Positions 39,103 through 49,108 of a stretch of 64,000 nucleotides of DNA are shown in pieces. A program made the translations under genes and the position numbers. Origin of the DNA: a phage. Location of the stretch: sequence record PZ534511.1; one strand, given 5' to 3'. The notes below the pieces were generated by a model, which saw only the letters and a program-made list of their open reading frames with translations, had not been told where the DNA came from and did not search any database. The first letter of the stretch is position 1. Each line of letters starts with the position of its first letter.

Positions 39103-39819
39103 TTAGTTAACATCAATAGCACGACCAGACTGGTTGGCAATAGCCTCATCATTGGAGGTAGCAATAACACCAGAGTATTCGCGCTCATCTGGAGCAAGCG
39201 TCCAGGTATTGCGGTTAATGGTTTGTTCTGCCTCAGTCATCAGCAGATCTTTATCCTGAGTCAACAGAGAGCCTACAGGGATCGGGTTTTCCATCTCAGG
39301 ACCAGCATACTGGTTCCACCATGTGGCATCTCCGGTTCTAGGCAATCTGAAGTTGATCAGATAGTACAGTTTATTAGCCCACTTAATCCAACCCTCATCA
39401 TCACAGAGGGAGGTTGTCCCAGAATCAGGCTGTGGGTAGGTGAACTGATCAAGACCTACAAAAGCCAGCCTTACAATCTCGTTCTCTTTGGTAACAACCT
39501 CAAAGAACGCTTGGTATGTTCTCGATCTTCTATCCATGGTGGATTGGAAGTTTATGATGTTTAGCACATCCGGCTCTTGTCTTGCCACTTCCATAATCTT
39601 GTTATCAAGAACAGTCTTCATGACCTTCTTGCTGAGAAAGTCCATATAAGGGAAGCCAAACAGCTCGTCAAAGTACCAGCTCCCCTTCCACGTATTAAAT
39701 CTCATCCACAAGCGCTGGCGCAGACTTACCTGGTTTGAATCTATCAACTCAAGACCTTTGTCTATCGCCAAATCGCCTGTCTGTGGGTCCATCAATATAT
39801 CACTATAAAGCGTAGCCAT
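39103..39819 (-). CDS. Baseplate wedge protein with gp25/GPW-like N-terminal domain
   Basis: DPQTGDLAIDKG...WMRFNTWKGSWYFDELFGFP pattern. Confidence 0.5.
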   Translation of the reverse strand: MATLYSDILMDPQTGDLAIDKGLELIDSNQVSLRQRLWMRFNTWKGSWYFDELFGFPYMDFLSKKVMKTVLDNKIMEVARQEPDVLNIINFQSTMDRRSRTYQAFFEVVTKENEIVRLAFVGLDQFTYPQPDSGTTSLCDDEGWIKWANKLYYLINFRLPRTGDATWWNQYAGPEMENPIPVGSLLTQDKDLLMTEAEQTINRNTWTLAPDEREYSGVIATSNDEAIANQSGRAIDVN

Positions 39820-39831
39820 GAAAGCCCTCTA

Positions 39832-40509
39832 TTAGTGCGGTCCACTTGTCTCGCCATCAGGGCAAGAGTGGGTATGACCTTTATATTCTGCATAGAATGA
39901 ATCCAAATCCACGCCAGCAGCAGTTATAATTCTACCAGATGGGTCTATTGTGGCACCATTCATTCTGATATTTCCATCCACAGCAGCTCGCAAATTGGCA
40001 GCACCGTTAGTGAAAGAAAACTCCCCGCTGCTGTCGCACCGTAATGTTCCACCCGGTGTCTGAAGCTCAAAATCGCCAGAAGGTGTCAGTTTAAAATAAA
40101 CCCTATCATTCCATAACTCTACGTTATCAGGATCGATCTGTAAAGCGTTTGAGTCTGAATGAACGGAGGTGATTGCCCACCCTGGAAACAGGCCGTGAGT
40201 TTGTTGATCGTCGTTATTGTTTTCATTCCTCTCTGAAAACTGCAATCCTACAACATCTCCGGCCTTAATAGGAAGTGTTAACCTTGCCTTTCCGCTGTTT
40301 GCAGACATCACCTGAATTGGAACGTCATAGATAAGGGGGTATCTCTCCACATCTCCGTCATCAAACGTGGTTTCAGCTATTGGCTGCACAGATGCAGAAG
40401 GGATACTGTAGTCTACACTGACAACTCTGGCCCTGATACTGGTGTGGTAGTCCCTCATTATTTTTTCTATGAAGGATCTTACAGCAGCATCTTTCCTATT
40501 TATTGCCAT
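39832..40509 (-). CDS. Baseplate central spike protein, gpV-like
   Basis: Size 225 aa; C-terminal HTHSCPDGETSGPH resembles metal-binding spike tip. Confidence 0.5.
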   Translation of the reverse strand: MAINRKDAAVRSFIEKIMRDYHTSIRARVVSVDYSIPSASVQPIAETTFDDGDVERYPLIYDVPIQVMSANSGKARLTLPIKAGDVVGLQFSERNENNNDDQQTHGLFPGWAITSVHSDSNALQIDPDNVELWNDRVYFKLTPSGDFELQTPGGTLRCDSSGEFSFTNGAANLRAAVDGNIRMNGATIDPSGRIITAAGVDLDSFYAEYKGHTHSCPDGETSGPH

Positions 40510-41513
40510 TATACCTCCTCAGTTTTGTCAACAACTCCACCCACTGTTTCCCCAAGGCCAAGCTCTGTAGTGTAATCACCTCCTTCTATGGTGCCCTTAT
40601 GATGCACCGTGATCACCTTATAGAATCCTGTATATTGCTTGCTTTTAAGATAAATAGTGGACTCTGGGAGGATAGCTCCGTTAAGGCATGTGGTTACAGT
40701 AAGGCCAACATCCTCTCTCGGGTTTTTCTTTTTCTTTTTAGATGTCGAACCGCCTTTGGCAGCAGCTTTAGCTTTTCGTTTTTTAGCAGGTTCTGGGTTT
40801 TTAGGGGTAGGCGATCCGTGCATCCCAGACTCTGCACTTATTTCAAACACAGAGTCTTTGAACCTTTTTCCAACCTTGGTCCAATACAAAGCTCCATCCT
40901 GAACGCTAAATGTGGAGTTGGTCAGCCTTGCAAACCTGCGGAGGTTCTCTGCAGTGTTTCCAGAGAAAGCCATAGAGTATTGCAAAGTCTGGTTTCCAAA
41001 ACCCACAACCCTACCTTTTGGCAAGTTCATATCCTTCAGCAGGTCATTAAGCACAGAGTTCAGAGGTGTACCTTTCTGATAAGATCTTGTGCTTTGGCAC
41101 TTAATAATGTTCTCAGTACCATCTCCAAAGATGAACTTAGTTTTTCTGGTCGGACCTTCCCATCTGTCTTCAACAAACTCTACAGTTCCGGAGAATATTA
41201 ACTGGTTCTCATCATCATATCCAGCTTCAAACATAACTGCAAGGGCATCAGCCTGATGCATATCCAGATAGTTAACTGTATCGTCAGACAGGTTGTAAAC
41301 TGTCACATAACCTTTGTTTGGCTCTTTGGTATTATCCTTTTGTATGTCAAACTCTATATTGGCAGCACCAGTGTCAGAGCTAACTTCATAAACTCCGGAA
41401 TCACTCTCCCCTTTCTTTTCAACAGATTTTGGGATATTGGTTTTTGATTTACCGCCATGTTCTACAGGACGACCAAACAATAATCGCCATGTTCTACGTC
41501 TGTACTCCGCCAT
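40509..41513 (-). CDS. Baseplate hub-like protein
   Basis: Position upstream of spike; internal Lys/Ala-rich linker; weak. Confidence 0.35.
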   Translation of the reverse strand: MAEYRRRTWRLLFGRPVEHGGKSKTNIPKSVEKKGESDSGVYEVSSDTGAANIEFDIQKDNTKEPNKGYVTVYNLSDDTVNYLDMHQADALAVMFEAGYDDENQLIFSGTVEFVEDRWEGPTRKTKFIFGDGTENIIKCQSTRSYQKGTPLNSVLNDLLKDMNLPKGRVVGFGNQTLQYSMAFSGNTAENLRRFARLTNSTFSVQDGALYWTKVGKRFKDSVFEISAESGMHGSPTPKNPEPAKKRKAKAAAKGGSTSKKKKKNPREDVGLTVTTCLNGAILPESTIYLKSKQYTGFYKVITVHHKGTIEGGDYTTELGLGETVGGVVDKTEEV

Positions 41514-41893
41514 TATTCTAACCCTTGCTGTTCCTTGTAAAGATCAACCGGGGTGCCGTATACAAGTTGTAGCTCAGATCTCGCCCCAAGGTTATATCTT
41601 CCAACCCTGCCCCAATATTGATCGTCTTTAAACGACAGCGCCATCAGTCTACCTTTCGGTAAATCATCTCGGTAATGCAGTCCGTCTAAAATATCTTGAC
41701 AAGCTGTTACTTTTCTGGTTACTAAAGGGCTGTCACCTACCGGACCAAGAGATAACCACCAGGACTCATCCCTCTCATTCCATTGCATACGCATTTCATA
41801 CGTTTCGTTGTCTAAAACAACACGCATGGTTTGATCAGGAAAGCCGTCAATGTCCCACACAAAGGTGATTATGCACCAATCTTTAAGCTCCAT
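41513..41893 (-). CDS. Tail/baseplate protein
   Basis: Track ORF; start/stop coupled to downstream gene. Confidence 0.4.
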   Translation of the reverse strand: MELKDWCIITFVWDIDGFPDQTMRVVLDNETYEMRMQWNERDESWWLSLGPVGDSPLVTRKVTACQDILDGLHYRDDLPKGRLMALSFKDDQYWGRVGRYNLGARSELQLVYGTPVDLYKEQQGLE

Positions 41894-41905
41894 TATACGC
41901 TCCCC

Positions 41906-42817
41906 TTATTTCCCGTTAACTTTGTTGTAGTTCCCCTGCTCAGATGGGACTATGGTAGAAGGTCTTCCATATTCCTGATAATACCAATCCGCAGCCGATT
42001 GGGTAACACCGTTTTCATCTGTCCACATCATGGATTTGTATGGCTGCCACTCCTCTGCAGCATTTGTGGATGCAGTGTCTGCGAATGCTCCTGTGTCCCT
42101 CTTGTTACCTACGTTACTACCATTCTTACAGTCGTTGACAGCACCTTTTTGTTGGGTCTTGCCTACTTTCTTAGGATTGCTGTATACAGTTGCATTAACA
42201 ACCTTGTTCAAGTAGAATGTGCGGAACTCTGTAAGTTCTACATCAAAAACCATTGCAGCACCTTCACCAACAGACTTGCTGGCAGAAAGGCTGGTTATAA
42301 TGTAGTTCTCAAGGAGTCTTTCCTCGGTAACCAAAGAAACCAATTGGCGCTTATTAATGATCTCAGTCAAAGCCTCCAGTGCAGCGCCCGGTCGCATAGA
42401 TGCTGCAGGGTTTTTAGAGTCAGTATTCCTGTCAATGTAGTTTTGCTCATAGATTATATGTGGTGATGTATTTACCCTACCAGTAAAAGAAAATACACCA
42501 TCTTTAATTACAGCGTGGTCTGACAGGGTAGACTTATCTTCCACTGCAAAACTAGTTTTATCAACAGAATGTTTGAAAGAATAGTTCTCAACCTGGTCGA
42601 AGATAATGGCAAGATCGTTAGTAAAGTTTTTACCCTTCATCTCCGTATTGCGACCACCATAGTTAAGACCGCTGACAAACATAGTGTACTTTACATCGCT
42701 TTCAGTTTGCTGCTCTGCCTTTTCAGCCTTTGGAGATTTAACCTCTTGAGGCTTGTACAGGTCTTTTTCATCAACTATATTGCTTGGCATAACCTCTCCA
42801 GGACACTCCGATACCAT
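41906..42817 (-). CDS. Tail/baseplate protein (303 aa)
   Basis: First gene after tape-measure terminator; true start may be internal ATG (MPSNIVDE) after GGAGAGG. Confidence 0.4.
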   Translation of the reverse strand: MVSECPGEVMPSNIVDEKDLYKPQEVKSPKAEKAEQQTESDVKYTMFVSGLNYGGRNTEMKGKNFTNDLAIIFDQVENYSFKHSVDKTSFAVEDKSTLSDHAVIKDGVFSFTGRVNTSPHIIYEQNYIDRNTDSKNPAASMRPGAALEALTEIINKRQLVSLVTEERLLENYIITSLSASKSVGEGAAMVFDVELTEFRTFYLNKVVNATVYSNPKKVGKTQQKGAVNDCKNGSNVGNKRDTGAFADTASTNAAEEWQPYKSMMWTDENGVTQSAADWYYQEYGRPSTIVPSEQGNYNKVNGK

Positions 42818-42823
42818 CTAGAT

Positions 42824-42852
42824 ATTGTATCATAAAATAGCCGTTTTTACAA
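42824..42852 (-). promoter_or_regulatory. Sigma70-like promoter (TTGTAA-17-TACAAT)
   Basis: Immediately after tape-measure terminator, upstream of baseplate genes. Confidence 0.35.
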
Positions 42853-42855
42853 CAC

Positions 42856-42883
42856 CGATAAAATAAAGGGGGCCGGAGCCCCC
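42856..42883 (-). terminator. Rho-independent terminator
   Basis: GGGGGC-cgga-GCCCCC then TTTATTTTAT on minus strand. Confidence 0.6.
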
Positions 42884-42896
42884 CCTGCACAGTTTA

Positions 42897-45233
42897 TTAC
42901 CAAAGGTCGGTAGACATGAAGTTGATATCTTTATTGTTCTCCCACTCAAGTTTTGCATCAAATATTTTGTTAAACTCACCCTCATCTATTGAAATCGTGA
43001 TTTTCCCATCACTGATCTCTAAAGGTAGCATTTCCATAGTTCTTAATTGAGAAGCAAAACCAGGGCCACCCGGCAACGGAAGAGTCCCGCCCGGTAAGGT
43101 GTCCAAAGGATTAACAAACCCGTTACCTCCCGATATGATATCTTTGCGAATCATATCGCTGATAGTATCCAGCTGCTGATTTCTTTCACTTAGTGGGTTG
43201 TAACGGTCATTAAATAATTCCCCGGCGCTTAGTATTGTACCGATAATGCCCAGCTTACCGAGCAGACCAACTTTGCCACCAGGTGTCTTGAGGCCACCTC
43301 CACCTTTTCCTGCCGGAGCTCCACCACCAGATCCTTCTGTAGTAGCGGCACCCGCTGCTCCAGCTGCACCCCTTAGAGAGTTAAGGAATTTAAAGGTTTT
43401 TACAAGCATAGATGCCATGACAAAACCTTTTGTTAGGGCGTTGACGACCAGCATGATGGCAGCAGCAAACCCTGCCCATTTAGCATAGCTAAAGGTGTCA
43501 TGAAGCTCTTCAGAATATTCCTTCGTCTTGGCTGTTATGAACCCCCATTTAATCCCCCATTCAAGGAAAAACATGCGGATCTTGACTATAGTGTTGTTTA
43601 GTTCACCAACTACCCAGTTAAGGCCTCTCACAAACCCGCTAACAAAATCACCAGAGGCATCCCACACAAATTGCAGAGTCTCACCCGTGCGGATCAGTGT
43701 ATAATAGAACTCTGTTAGTTCGTCAGACCAACGGGTGAACAGTTTCTGACGAGTCAGTTCGATGAAGGTTTTCAGTCTGTTTTCTGCCAGCACGTTAGAC
43801 TTCTGCATTCTTTCATAACCAGCTGCAGATGCCTCGTTCATGTACTTAGCCACATACTTCATGATCTTGGCTGTTTTAACCTCACCTTTCTTCATCATGT
43901 CCATGAACTGATCCATGGAGAGTTCAGAAAGACCAAAAGCCTCTTTGGTGGCCTTGATAAAAGGTTCGTATGCACCAGGCAATGCTTCAGCAAGTTGTTG
44001 CTTCAGTTCTTCGGACATTACTTGCCCTTTACCGAGCATTTGCTGGATTGCCATAATACCGCGCTGGTATTTTACCTCATCGGCACCATAAGCAGCAGCA
44101 TACTGGGAGTATGCAGAAAACAGCTCATGCACTTCCTGATTTGTCATCTGGTTTTTGGCGTTTACCGACATCTGGGCGTAACCTTGAAGACCAGATTTGA
44201 GATCAAAACCAAGACGCATAGCCTCTTGCTGGACAAACGCAACCTCACTGTTAGCTTTGTTTGGATCTCCAGTAACAGCAGTAAGAGCAGCACTTGCCCC
44301 CTCCATCATGTGACCGGATCTATTAACTGCAGCAAATCCAGAAAAAGCTGTATACGCAGCTGTTGCATTAATAACAGATCTACGTAAGTCTCTCATGGCA
44401 TCGCCTAGTGTAAGCGTTTGGCTGGTGGCGCTTTTAAACCCAGACTGCAGCGCTGACAGGTGGGCGTTAAAGGTTGACTTCTTCATCTCCCCGCGAGCAA
44501 ACCTGGACTCTAACTCTGAGTATCCTGGCAAGCTTCCACGGAATCCGGCCCCATACTTGGCAGAAAGTCTTATCGCGGAGTTGTAGAGGTGGGTTCTCCT
44601 TGCCTCACGATCCGACATAAGCCTATTATCCATACCAGCTTTACTGTCTCTTCTTAGCTGTCTATGATAACGATTCATGGCAGCGGTCTGGGCTTTCACA
44701 AGATTAGGATCTGAAGCCACTCCACCCATGTTCGGGTTGCCTGGAATATATCTGAAAGACTTGGCGTTAGCAAGAACTCTTGCCTTAGGTGCCTTATAAC
44801 CCCCATAGGATACTGGTGCAGATTTGGCAGCTTTTTTAGCCTCTTTAGCTTGCTGCTGGTAGAACTTACGCATCCTAGCCATCTCTGGGTTTTTGGCGGT
44901 AAGATTGCCTACAGCTTGCCTACGTCTTGCATTCTCCCTACGCTCTATTGCAGCCTTTACTGCAGCCTCTTTCTTAGCCTGAGCAACGCTCTCCCTGTGC
45001 AGTTTAGCATTTGCTTGAGATTGTTGTCTGGCAACACGTTGCATTGTCTGCTGAGTTTTAACCGCCACTGCCTGCCATCTACTCATGGGGTTGGCTGAGT
45101 TAAAATCCTCGCCCAGTTTCCTGAACTCCCTCCCAATACTGCGAATTTTCTCTACAGCTTTTTTGTAGGAGGAGTTCTCTATCTCAAAGCCAATCTTGTT
45201 GACTGTTGTGGCAACTATTTTGTTTGTAGCCAT
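42897..45233 (-). CDS. Tail tape measure protein
   Basis: 778 aa, follows chaperone pair; helical Ala/Lys/Gln-rich N-terminus; Gly-rich GAAGAAGAATTEGSGGG and hydrophobic segments. Confidence 0.65.
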   Translation of the reverse strand: MATNKIVATTVNKIGFEIENSSYKKAVEKIRSIGREFRKLGEDFNSANPMSRWQAVAVKTQQTMQRVARQQSQANAKLHRESVAQAKKEAAVKAAIERRENARRRQAVGNLTAKNPEMARMRKFYQQQAKEAKKAAKSAPVSYGGYKAPKARVLANAKSFRYIPGNPNMGGVASDPNLVKAQTAAMNRYHRQLRRDSKAGMDNRLMSDREARRTHLYNSAIRLSAKYGAGFRGSLPGYSELESRFARGEMKKSTFNAHLSALQSGFKSATSQTLTLGDAMRDLRRSVINATAAYTAFSGFAAVNRSGHMMEGASAALTAVTGDPNKANSEVAFVQQEAMRLGFDLKSGLQGYAQMSVNAKNQMTNQEVHELFSAYSQYAAAYGADEVKYQRGIMAIQQMLGKGQVMSEELKQQLAEALPGAYEPFIKATKEAFGLSELSMDQFMDMMKKGEVKTAKIMKYVAKYMNEASAAGYERMQKSNVLAENRLKTFIELTRQKLFTRWSDELTEFYYTLIRTGETLQFVWDASGDFVSGFVRGLNWVVGELNNTIVKIRMFFLEWGIKWGFITAKTKEYSEELHDTFSYAKWAGFAAAIMLVVNALTKGFVMASMLVKTFKFLNSLRGAAGAAGAATTEGSGGGAPAGKGGGGLKTPGGKVGLLGKLGIIGTILSAGELFNDRYNPLSERNQQLDTISDMIRKDIISGGNGFVNPLDTLPGGTLPLPGGPGFASQLRTMEMLPLEISDGKITISIDEGEFNKIFDAKLEWENNKDINFMSTDLW

Positions 45234-45240
45234 GGTTTCC

Positions 45241-45282
45241 TCATAATAAAAAGGGCCAGATCCCAGAAAAGGAATCCGGCCC
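45241..45282 (-). terminator. Terminator/attenuator between chaperone and tape-measure genes
   Basis: Imperfect 9-bp hairpin GGGCCAGAT..ATCCGGCCC then TTTTTATTATG. Confidence 0.4.
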
Positions 45283-45287
45283 TTAGA

Positions 45288-45536
45288 TTATCCTCTCCTG
45301 CGCTTAGCTTTCGCAGCAGCTGCGGCAGCCTTCTGCTCCCGCTCCATTTCCCTGTTTTGGACGGTATCTAGGAATTCTTCGATATCAAGATACTCACATA
45401 GCTTCAGGAAATACGCCATATCTGCAAGATTTAGCGATTCAAAATTTTCCCCTTTGAAATTCTTGAGCACCCTGCACCAAAGAAAGTCGAACCAGTTTAG
45501 TGAACTGTTCTTGGCTGCCCACTCACTGGCCCTCAC
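45288..45536 (-). CDS. Tail assembly chaperone, downstream frame (gpT-like)
   Basis: Frame stays open about 42 codons upstream of GTG, overlapping 45548..46021 in -1 frame. Confidence 0.4.
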   Translation of the reverse strand: MRASEWAAKNSSLNWFDFLWCRVLKNFKGENFESLNLADMAYFLKLCEYLDIEEFLDTVQNREMEREQKAAAAAAKAKRRRG

Positions 45537-45547
45537 AACAACCTTGC

Positions 45548-46021
45548 TTATTCCTGCTCTTCCGGAGTCTGATCCAGATTGTTCACCTGCTGAATCATAC
45601 CCATCTGCTGTAACATCTCCAGAAGGCTTCCTAAACCGTCTTGTGTGAAAAAACAGCCGTAGTTAACCTCCAGAACCTTACCTGCCAGCTTAATCATCTC
45701 CAGCAGATGCCCTGCAAACACAACATCCGGGTTAAGCCTATCCACACCATCTACGGTAATATCTTCGAACAAGATTTTAAATAGCTCTTCAATGGAGTTA
45801 TCATCAAGTTCTTGGAACAGGTAAGCCAGGGCTGTAGGAAGGACCTCTGCCATATTCTGACCACCTGAGAGAATAGATCCACCGATAGCACCTAGCGGGA
45901 CAGCCACAATCTTACCGATTTTAGGCATGTTTTTCATTGCTTTCATCGGCCCCCAGTGGGTGATCACAAAGTTGTGCCCTGCTAAATCAATCTCTGTTGT
46001 AGGTCTAAAGTTTATAGCCAT
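45548..46021 (-). CDS. Tail assembly chaperone (gpG-like)
   Basis: Position between tube and tape measure genes; 157 aa acidic. Confidence 0.45.
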   Translation of the reverse strand: MAINFRPTTEIDLAGHNFVITHWGPMKAMKNMPKIGKIVAVPLGAIGGSILSGGQNMAEVLPTALAYLFQELDDNSIEELFKILFEDITVDGVDRLNPDVVFAGHLLEMIKLAGKVLEVNYGCFFTQDGLGSLLEMLQQMGMIQQVNNLDQTPEEQE

Positions 46022-46064
46022 TTTATAGCATCCTTATTAGTCATGTTGTGCACCATATTTGTGT

Positions 46065-46093
46065 ATTTTACCATGATTATGGTGCATTGTCAA
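46065..46093 (-). promoter_or_regulatory. Sigma70-like promoter (TTGACA-17-TAAAAT)
   Basis: Consensus hexamers after tube-gene terminator, upstream of chaperone/tape-measure genes. Confidence 0.5.
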
Positions 46094-46130
46094 TTTAACC
46101 TTTCAAGCAATTCAAGAACGTGTGTCAAAA

Positions 46131-46164
46131 CCATAAAAGCAAAAAGCCCCACCCGAAGGTGAGG
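46131..46164 (-). terminator. Rho-independent terminator
   Basis: Hairpin GCCTCACC-ttcg-GGTGGGGC (one mismatch) then TTTTTGCTTTT. Confidence 0.5.
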
Positions 46165-46183
46165 CTTATGCTAAAGTGTGCCC

Positions 46184-46657
46184 TTAAATAATACCTGCAA
46201 GACCTGCGAGGCCAGTAAGAGCACCAGTGATGTTATCACGGTTGAGCCATGCATCCAGAATACCGATATCCCAGTCCAGTTGACCTACTTCGGTTCCGTA
46301 AGTCAGGTCAGGCTGTTTCTGGATCCAACCGATTGTGGAAATACCAGGGCCCTGGCTACCTTCCAGCAGAACCGGGAAGAATACCAGGCCAGTAATAGAT
46401 GCCTGTTTCTGCCAGTCAGAAAGGTAAGCGTTCCATACAGAAGTGTTCTGCAAAGATACAGTCATAACACCGGATTGGTTACGGGACAGAGCCGCAGACA
46501 TTTCACCATCCACACCGACGTGAGGATAAATGTTGTCTTCGTTTCTTGAAACAACAATCTTGGTGTCAGCAGCGAAGCCAGTGACACGCTGCTGCATCAG
46601 ATACAGTTTGACCTTTTTAGGGTCATACGCATAAGGAGTTAAAATTTGAGTTTCCAT
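46184..46657 (-). CDS. Tail tube protein
   Basis: 157 aa directly downstream of sheath candidate; terminator follows. Confidence 0.45.
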   Translation of the reverse strand: METQILTPYAYDPKKVKLYLMQQRVTGFAADTKIVVSRNEDNIYPHVGVDGEMSAALSRNQSGVMTVSLQNTSVWNAYLSDWQKQASITGLVFFPVLLEGSQGPGISTIGWIQKQPDLTYGTEVGQLDWDIGILDAWLNRDNITGALTGLAGLAGII

Positions 46658-46667
46658 CTAGGCTTCC

Positions 46668-48044
46668 TTATTCAGTCATTGCAACAGCATTGGTGGATTT
46701 AGAACCAACTTTGTCCAGAAGGACGTTGATCCGGATACGGACGAAGTGCAGGGCGTTGTTATACACCAGTTCTACTTTCACACCTTCCAGAACACGAGCA
46801 GCCAACTGATTGGTTGGGATTTCTGCACGTTTAGGAACTGTGATGATCGGGTCGTAGAATACATTATTGTCTTCGTCGAAACCTGTCAGGATCGCACCAT
46901 TCTTAATGCCAGTGTTGATTGGGTTGTTCATCAGGACAGACTTGATAACCGGAAGATCATCATCAGACATCTTCATGCTTAAACCCATGTTGGAGCGACG
47001 ATGCATGTACCCAAACATAGATTCTTCAGATCTGAACTTGATCCAGTGTGCAAAACGAATAGCGTCTGCATACTGACCTGAAGCACACTTACCTTCCCAG
47101 AAAGCGCCAACACCGTTAATCATTCTGTAGAAGTTAACGTGGTTTTCCCAAATAGCCATACGCTGAGTTAAAGTCAGAGACGGTGCAATCACACCTGGCA
47201 TCTGTTTTAAGTGCAAGCTGTCGCCGTAAGACGGATCGTTGGATGCCATAGCACCTATGATACCACCCTCCGGGAAGTCCTTATCTGCACGAGGATCGTA
47301 CATGCCAACACTGTCATATTGTGCAGCCATCAGTTTGGTGGCGATGTTATTATCTTTGCCAGTCACATCTTCTGCAGTAGAGTAGACATGCAGCTTGTAG
47401 TTAGCCTGAGCCCACTTCGCACATGCTTCAATGTCGGTGTGGTCTTCATGGCACAGGAAGTACCAATTGTCACGCTCAGCATTGATCTTATCAACTACTG
47501 TAGAAGGTTTTTCAGCATTGGCGATATTTTTGATTGTATAGTTACCAGTATGATAACCAACAGTACAGTCACCCGTGATGGTGAGAACACCGTCTTCAGC
47601 CGCTACAGTGATATCGTCCAAGTTATCATCTGCTTCGATTTTAGTCTTCATGGACTCTGCAATCTGAGTTGCACCTGTTCCACCAGAGATAGGCACTATC
47701 AGAGAAGTATTGTAGCCACCTTTTGCAATAGTCATTACGACATCGGTATCAGCTGCGGCAGCAATACCTTTAAAATCTACAGTGGTTTTTTCTTTTGCCT
47801 GTCTGCCGATCATAACATACTGCGGAGGGAATACACCGCCGAAAGCTTTTGCTGCAAACTCATAAGCTGCAGAGCCTTGTGCGAAACCGTCTTCCACCAT
47901 CTGATCCAGCTCAGCATATACACGAGCTCGCTCAGTAAAGTTGTTGTGGATAGCGATGAACAGCGGAGTTTCGAAACCTACAGTGTCAATAGGCTGGGTT
48001 CCGAGGTTAACTGTAACATCTACCACTTTATCTAAATATGGCAT
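46668..48044 (-). CDS. Tail sheath protein
   Basis: 458 aa; C-terminal VNFYRMINGVGAFWEG pattern resembles sheath core; position. Confidence 0.5.
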   Translation of the reverse strand: MPYLDKVVDVTVNLGTQPIDTVGFETPLFIAIHNNFTERARVYAELDQMVEDGFAQGSAAYEFAAKAFGGVFPPQYVMIGRQAKEKTTVDFKGIAAAADTDVVMTIAKGGYNTSLIVPISGGTGATQIAESMKTKIEADDNLDDITVAAEDGVLTITGDCTVGYHTGNYTIKNIANAEKPSTVVDKINAERDNWYFLCHEDHTDIEACAKWAQANYKLHVYSTAEDVTGKDNNIATKLMAAQYDSVGMYDPRADKDFPEGGIIGAMASNDPSYGDSLHLKQMPGVIAPSLTLTQRMAIWENHVNFYRMINGVGAFWEGKCASGQYADAIRFAHWIKFRSEESMFGYMHRRSNMGLSMKMSDDDLPVIKSVLMNNPINTGIKNGAILTGFDEDNNVFYDPIITVPKRAEIPTNQLAARVLEGVKVELVYNNALHFVRIRINVLLDKVGSKSTNAVAMTE

Positions 48045-48116
48045 TTGTTTCCTCTTAATATCTGTGCACGGATATCAAACACGCAGTGTAATCATTACAC
48101 TACACAATTATAACGA

Positions 48117-48668
48117 TTACTGACCACTGTCTGTAACCGCTTTACCAGAATTGGGTGAAGGGAAGTGTGTGGTTATTTCAGCCTTAATTCCCTGAAGATC
48201 CTCAAAAGCCCCAATGTCTGTTTCAACAAACCTTACGTTAAATGTCAGCATCACAGTGGCTCTATTTTCATACGTCTGCTTATTCAACGGCACTCTTTGA
48301 GGTGAGATTGTTGAATTGTTAGAGTAGGCAAAGCACGATCCCAGAGGGAAATACTTGTCATAAAACATTGGAAGGTTTATTGCTTGCAATACTCTGCTAA
48401 GTGCAGCATATGCTCTGCCACGATAAGCTGTTAACAGATAAGTAACAGTGTAACTGTGGGTGACGTAAGCATTACCCTCTGCATCTTGAAACTCATTATC
48501 TTCCCAAGTTGTGGGATTGATCGCCAAGGTTTGTAAAAGTACAAACTCACCTTCCGGCTTCGGTATGGTAGAGCTTTCTGCCAGAACTACAGTTCTTCCT
48601 GTGGCAACCTTGACGAGCTTAGCAATGGTTGTTTCAAGATCAGAAAAAACTTTTTCGAAAGCTTCCAT
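48117..48668 (-). CDS. Tail completion/neck protein
   Basis: Position between head and sheath genes. Confidence 0.4.
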   Translation of the reverse strand: MEAFEKVFSDLETTIAKLVKVATGRTVVLAESSTIPKPEGEFVLLQTLAINPTTWEDNEFQDAEGNAYVTHSYTVTYLLTAYRGRAYAALSRVLQAINLPMFYDKYFPLGSCFAYSNNSTISPQRVPLNKQTYENRATVMLTFNVRFVETDIGAFEDLQGIKAEITTHFPSPNSGKAVTDSGQ

Positions 48669-49093
48669 CAGTTTTCTCCTTCAGGCTCTTCTACTACAAA
48701 AAATCTATATCTCCCACCACCAGAGGTAACATATGCATCGCATTTTAAAACGGTAAACCATTTCAAGTCACCACGAATGTCAGGAAGTTGAATTTGATCA
48801 GCCATTGCATATGTCCCTTCATCCGGACTATACAACTTGGTTGAAGAGTAAACTGTAAAAGCCTCGTACTGTCTGTCACCTTCAGGGTTTATTTGAGAGG
48901 AGTAATCTTTAGCTGCCCTTCCTGTCAACGGCTGCACAACACACTCTAAGACATCAAACTCTTCATACTCAAGTTCTAACCCCTCGTTGGCAAAAGGGCC
49001 ACCAACTGTTTTGTTATACACTCTGTGGCGACCTTTGAATGTTTTACGAGGTATTAGTCTGTTCTTTCCTATCAGCTTATAACCTGCTGCCAC
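48668..49093 (-). CDS. Tail completion/neck protein
   Basis: Position; coupled start/stop. Confidence 0.4.
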   Translation of the reverse strand: MAAGYKLIGKNRLIPRKTFKGRHRVYNKTVGGPFANEGLELEYEEFDVLECVVQPLTGRAAKDYSSQINPEGDRQYEAFTVYSSTKLYSPDEGTYAMADQIQLPDIRGDLKWFTVLKCDAYVTSGGGRYRFFVVEEPEGEN

Positions 49094-49108
49094 TCAACCC
49101 CCTTATTT

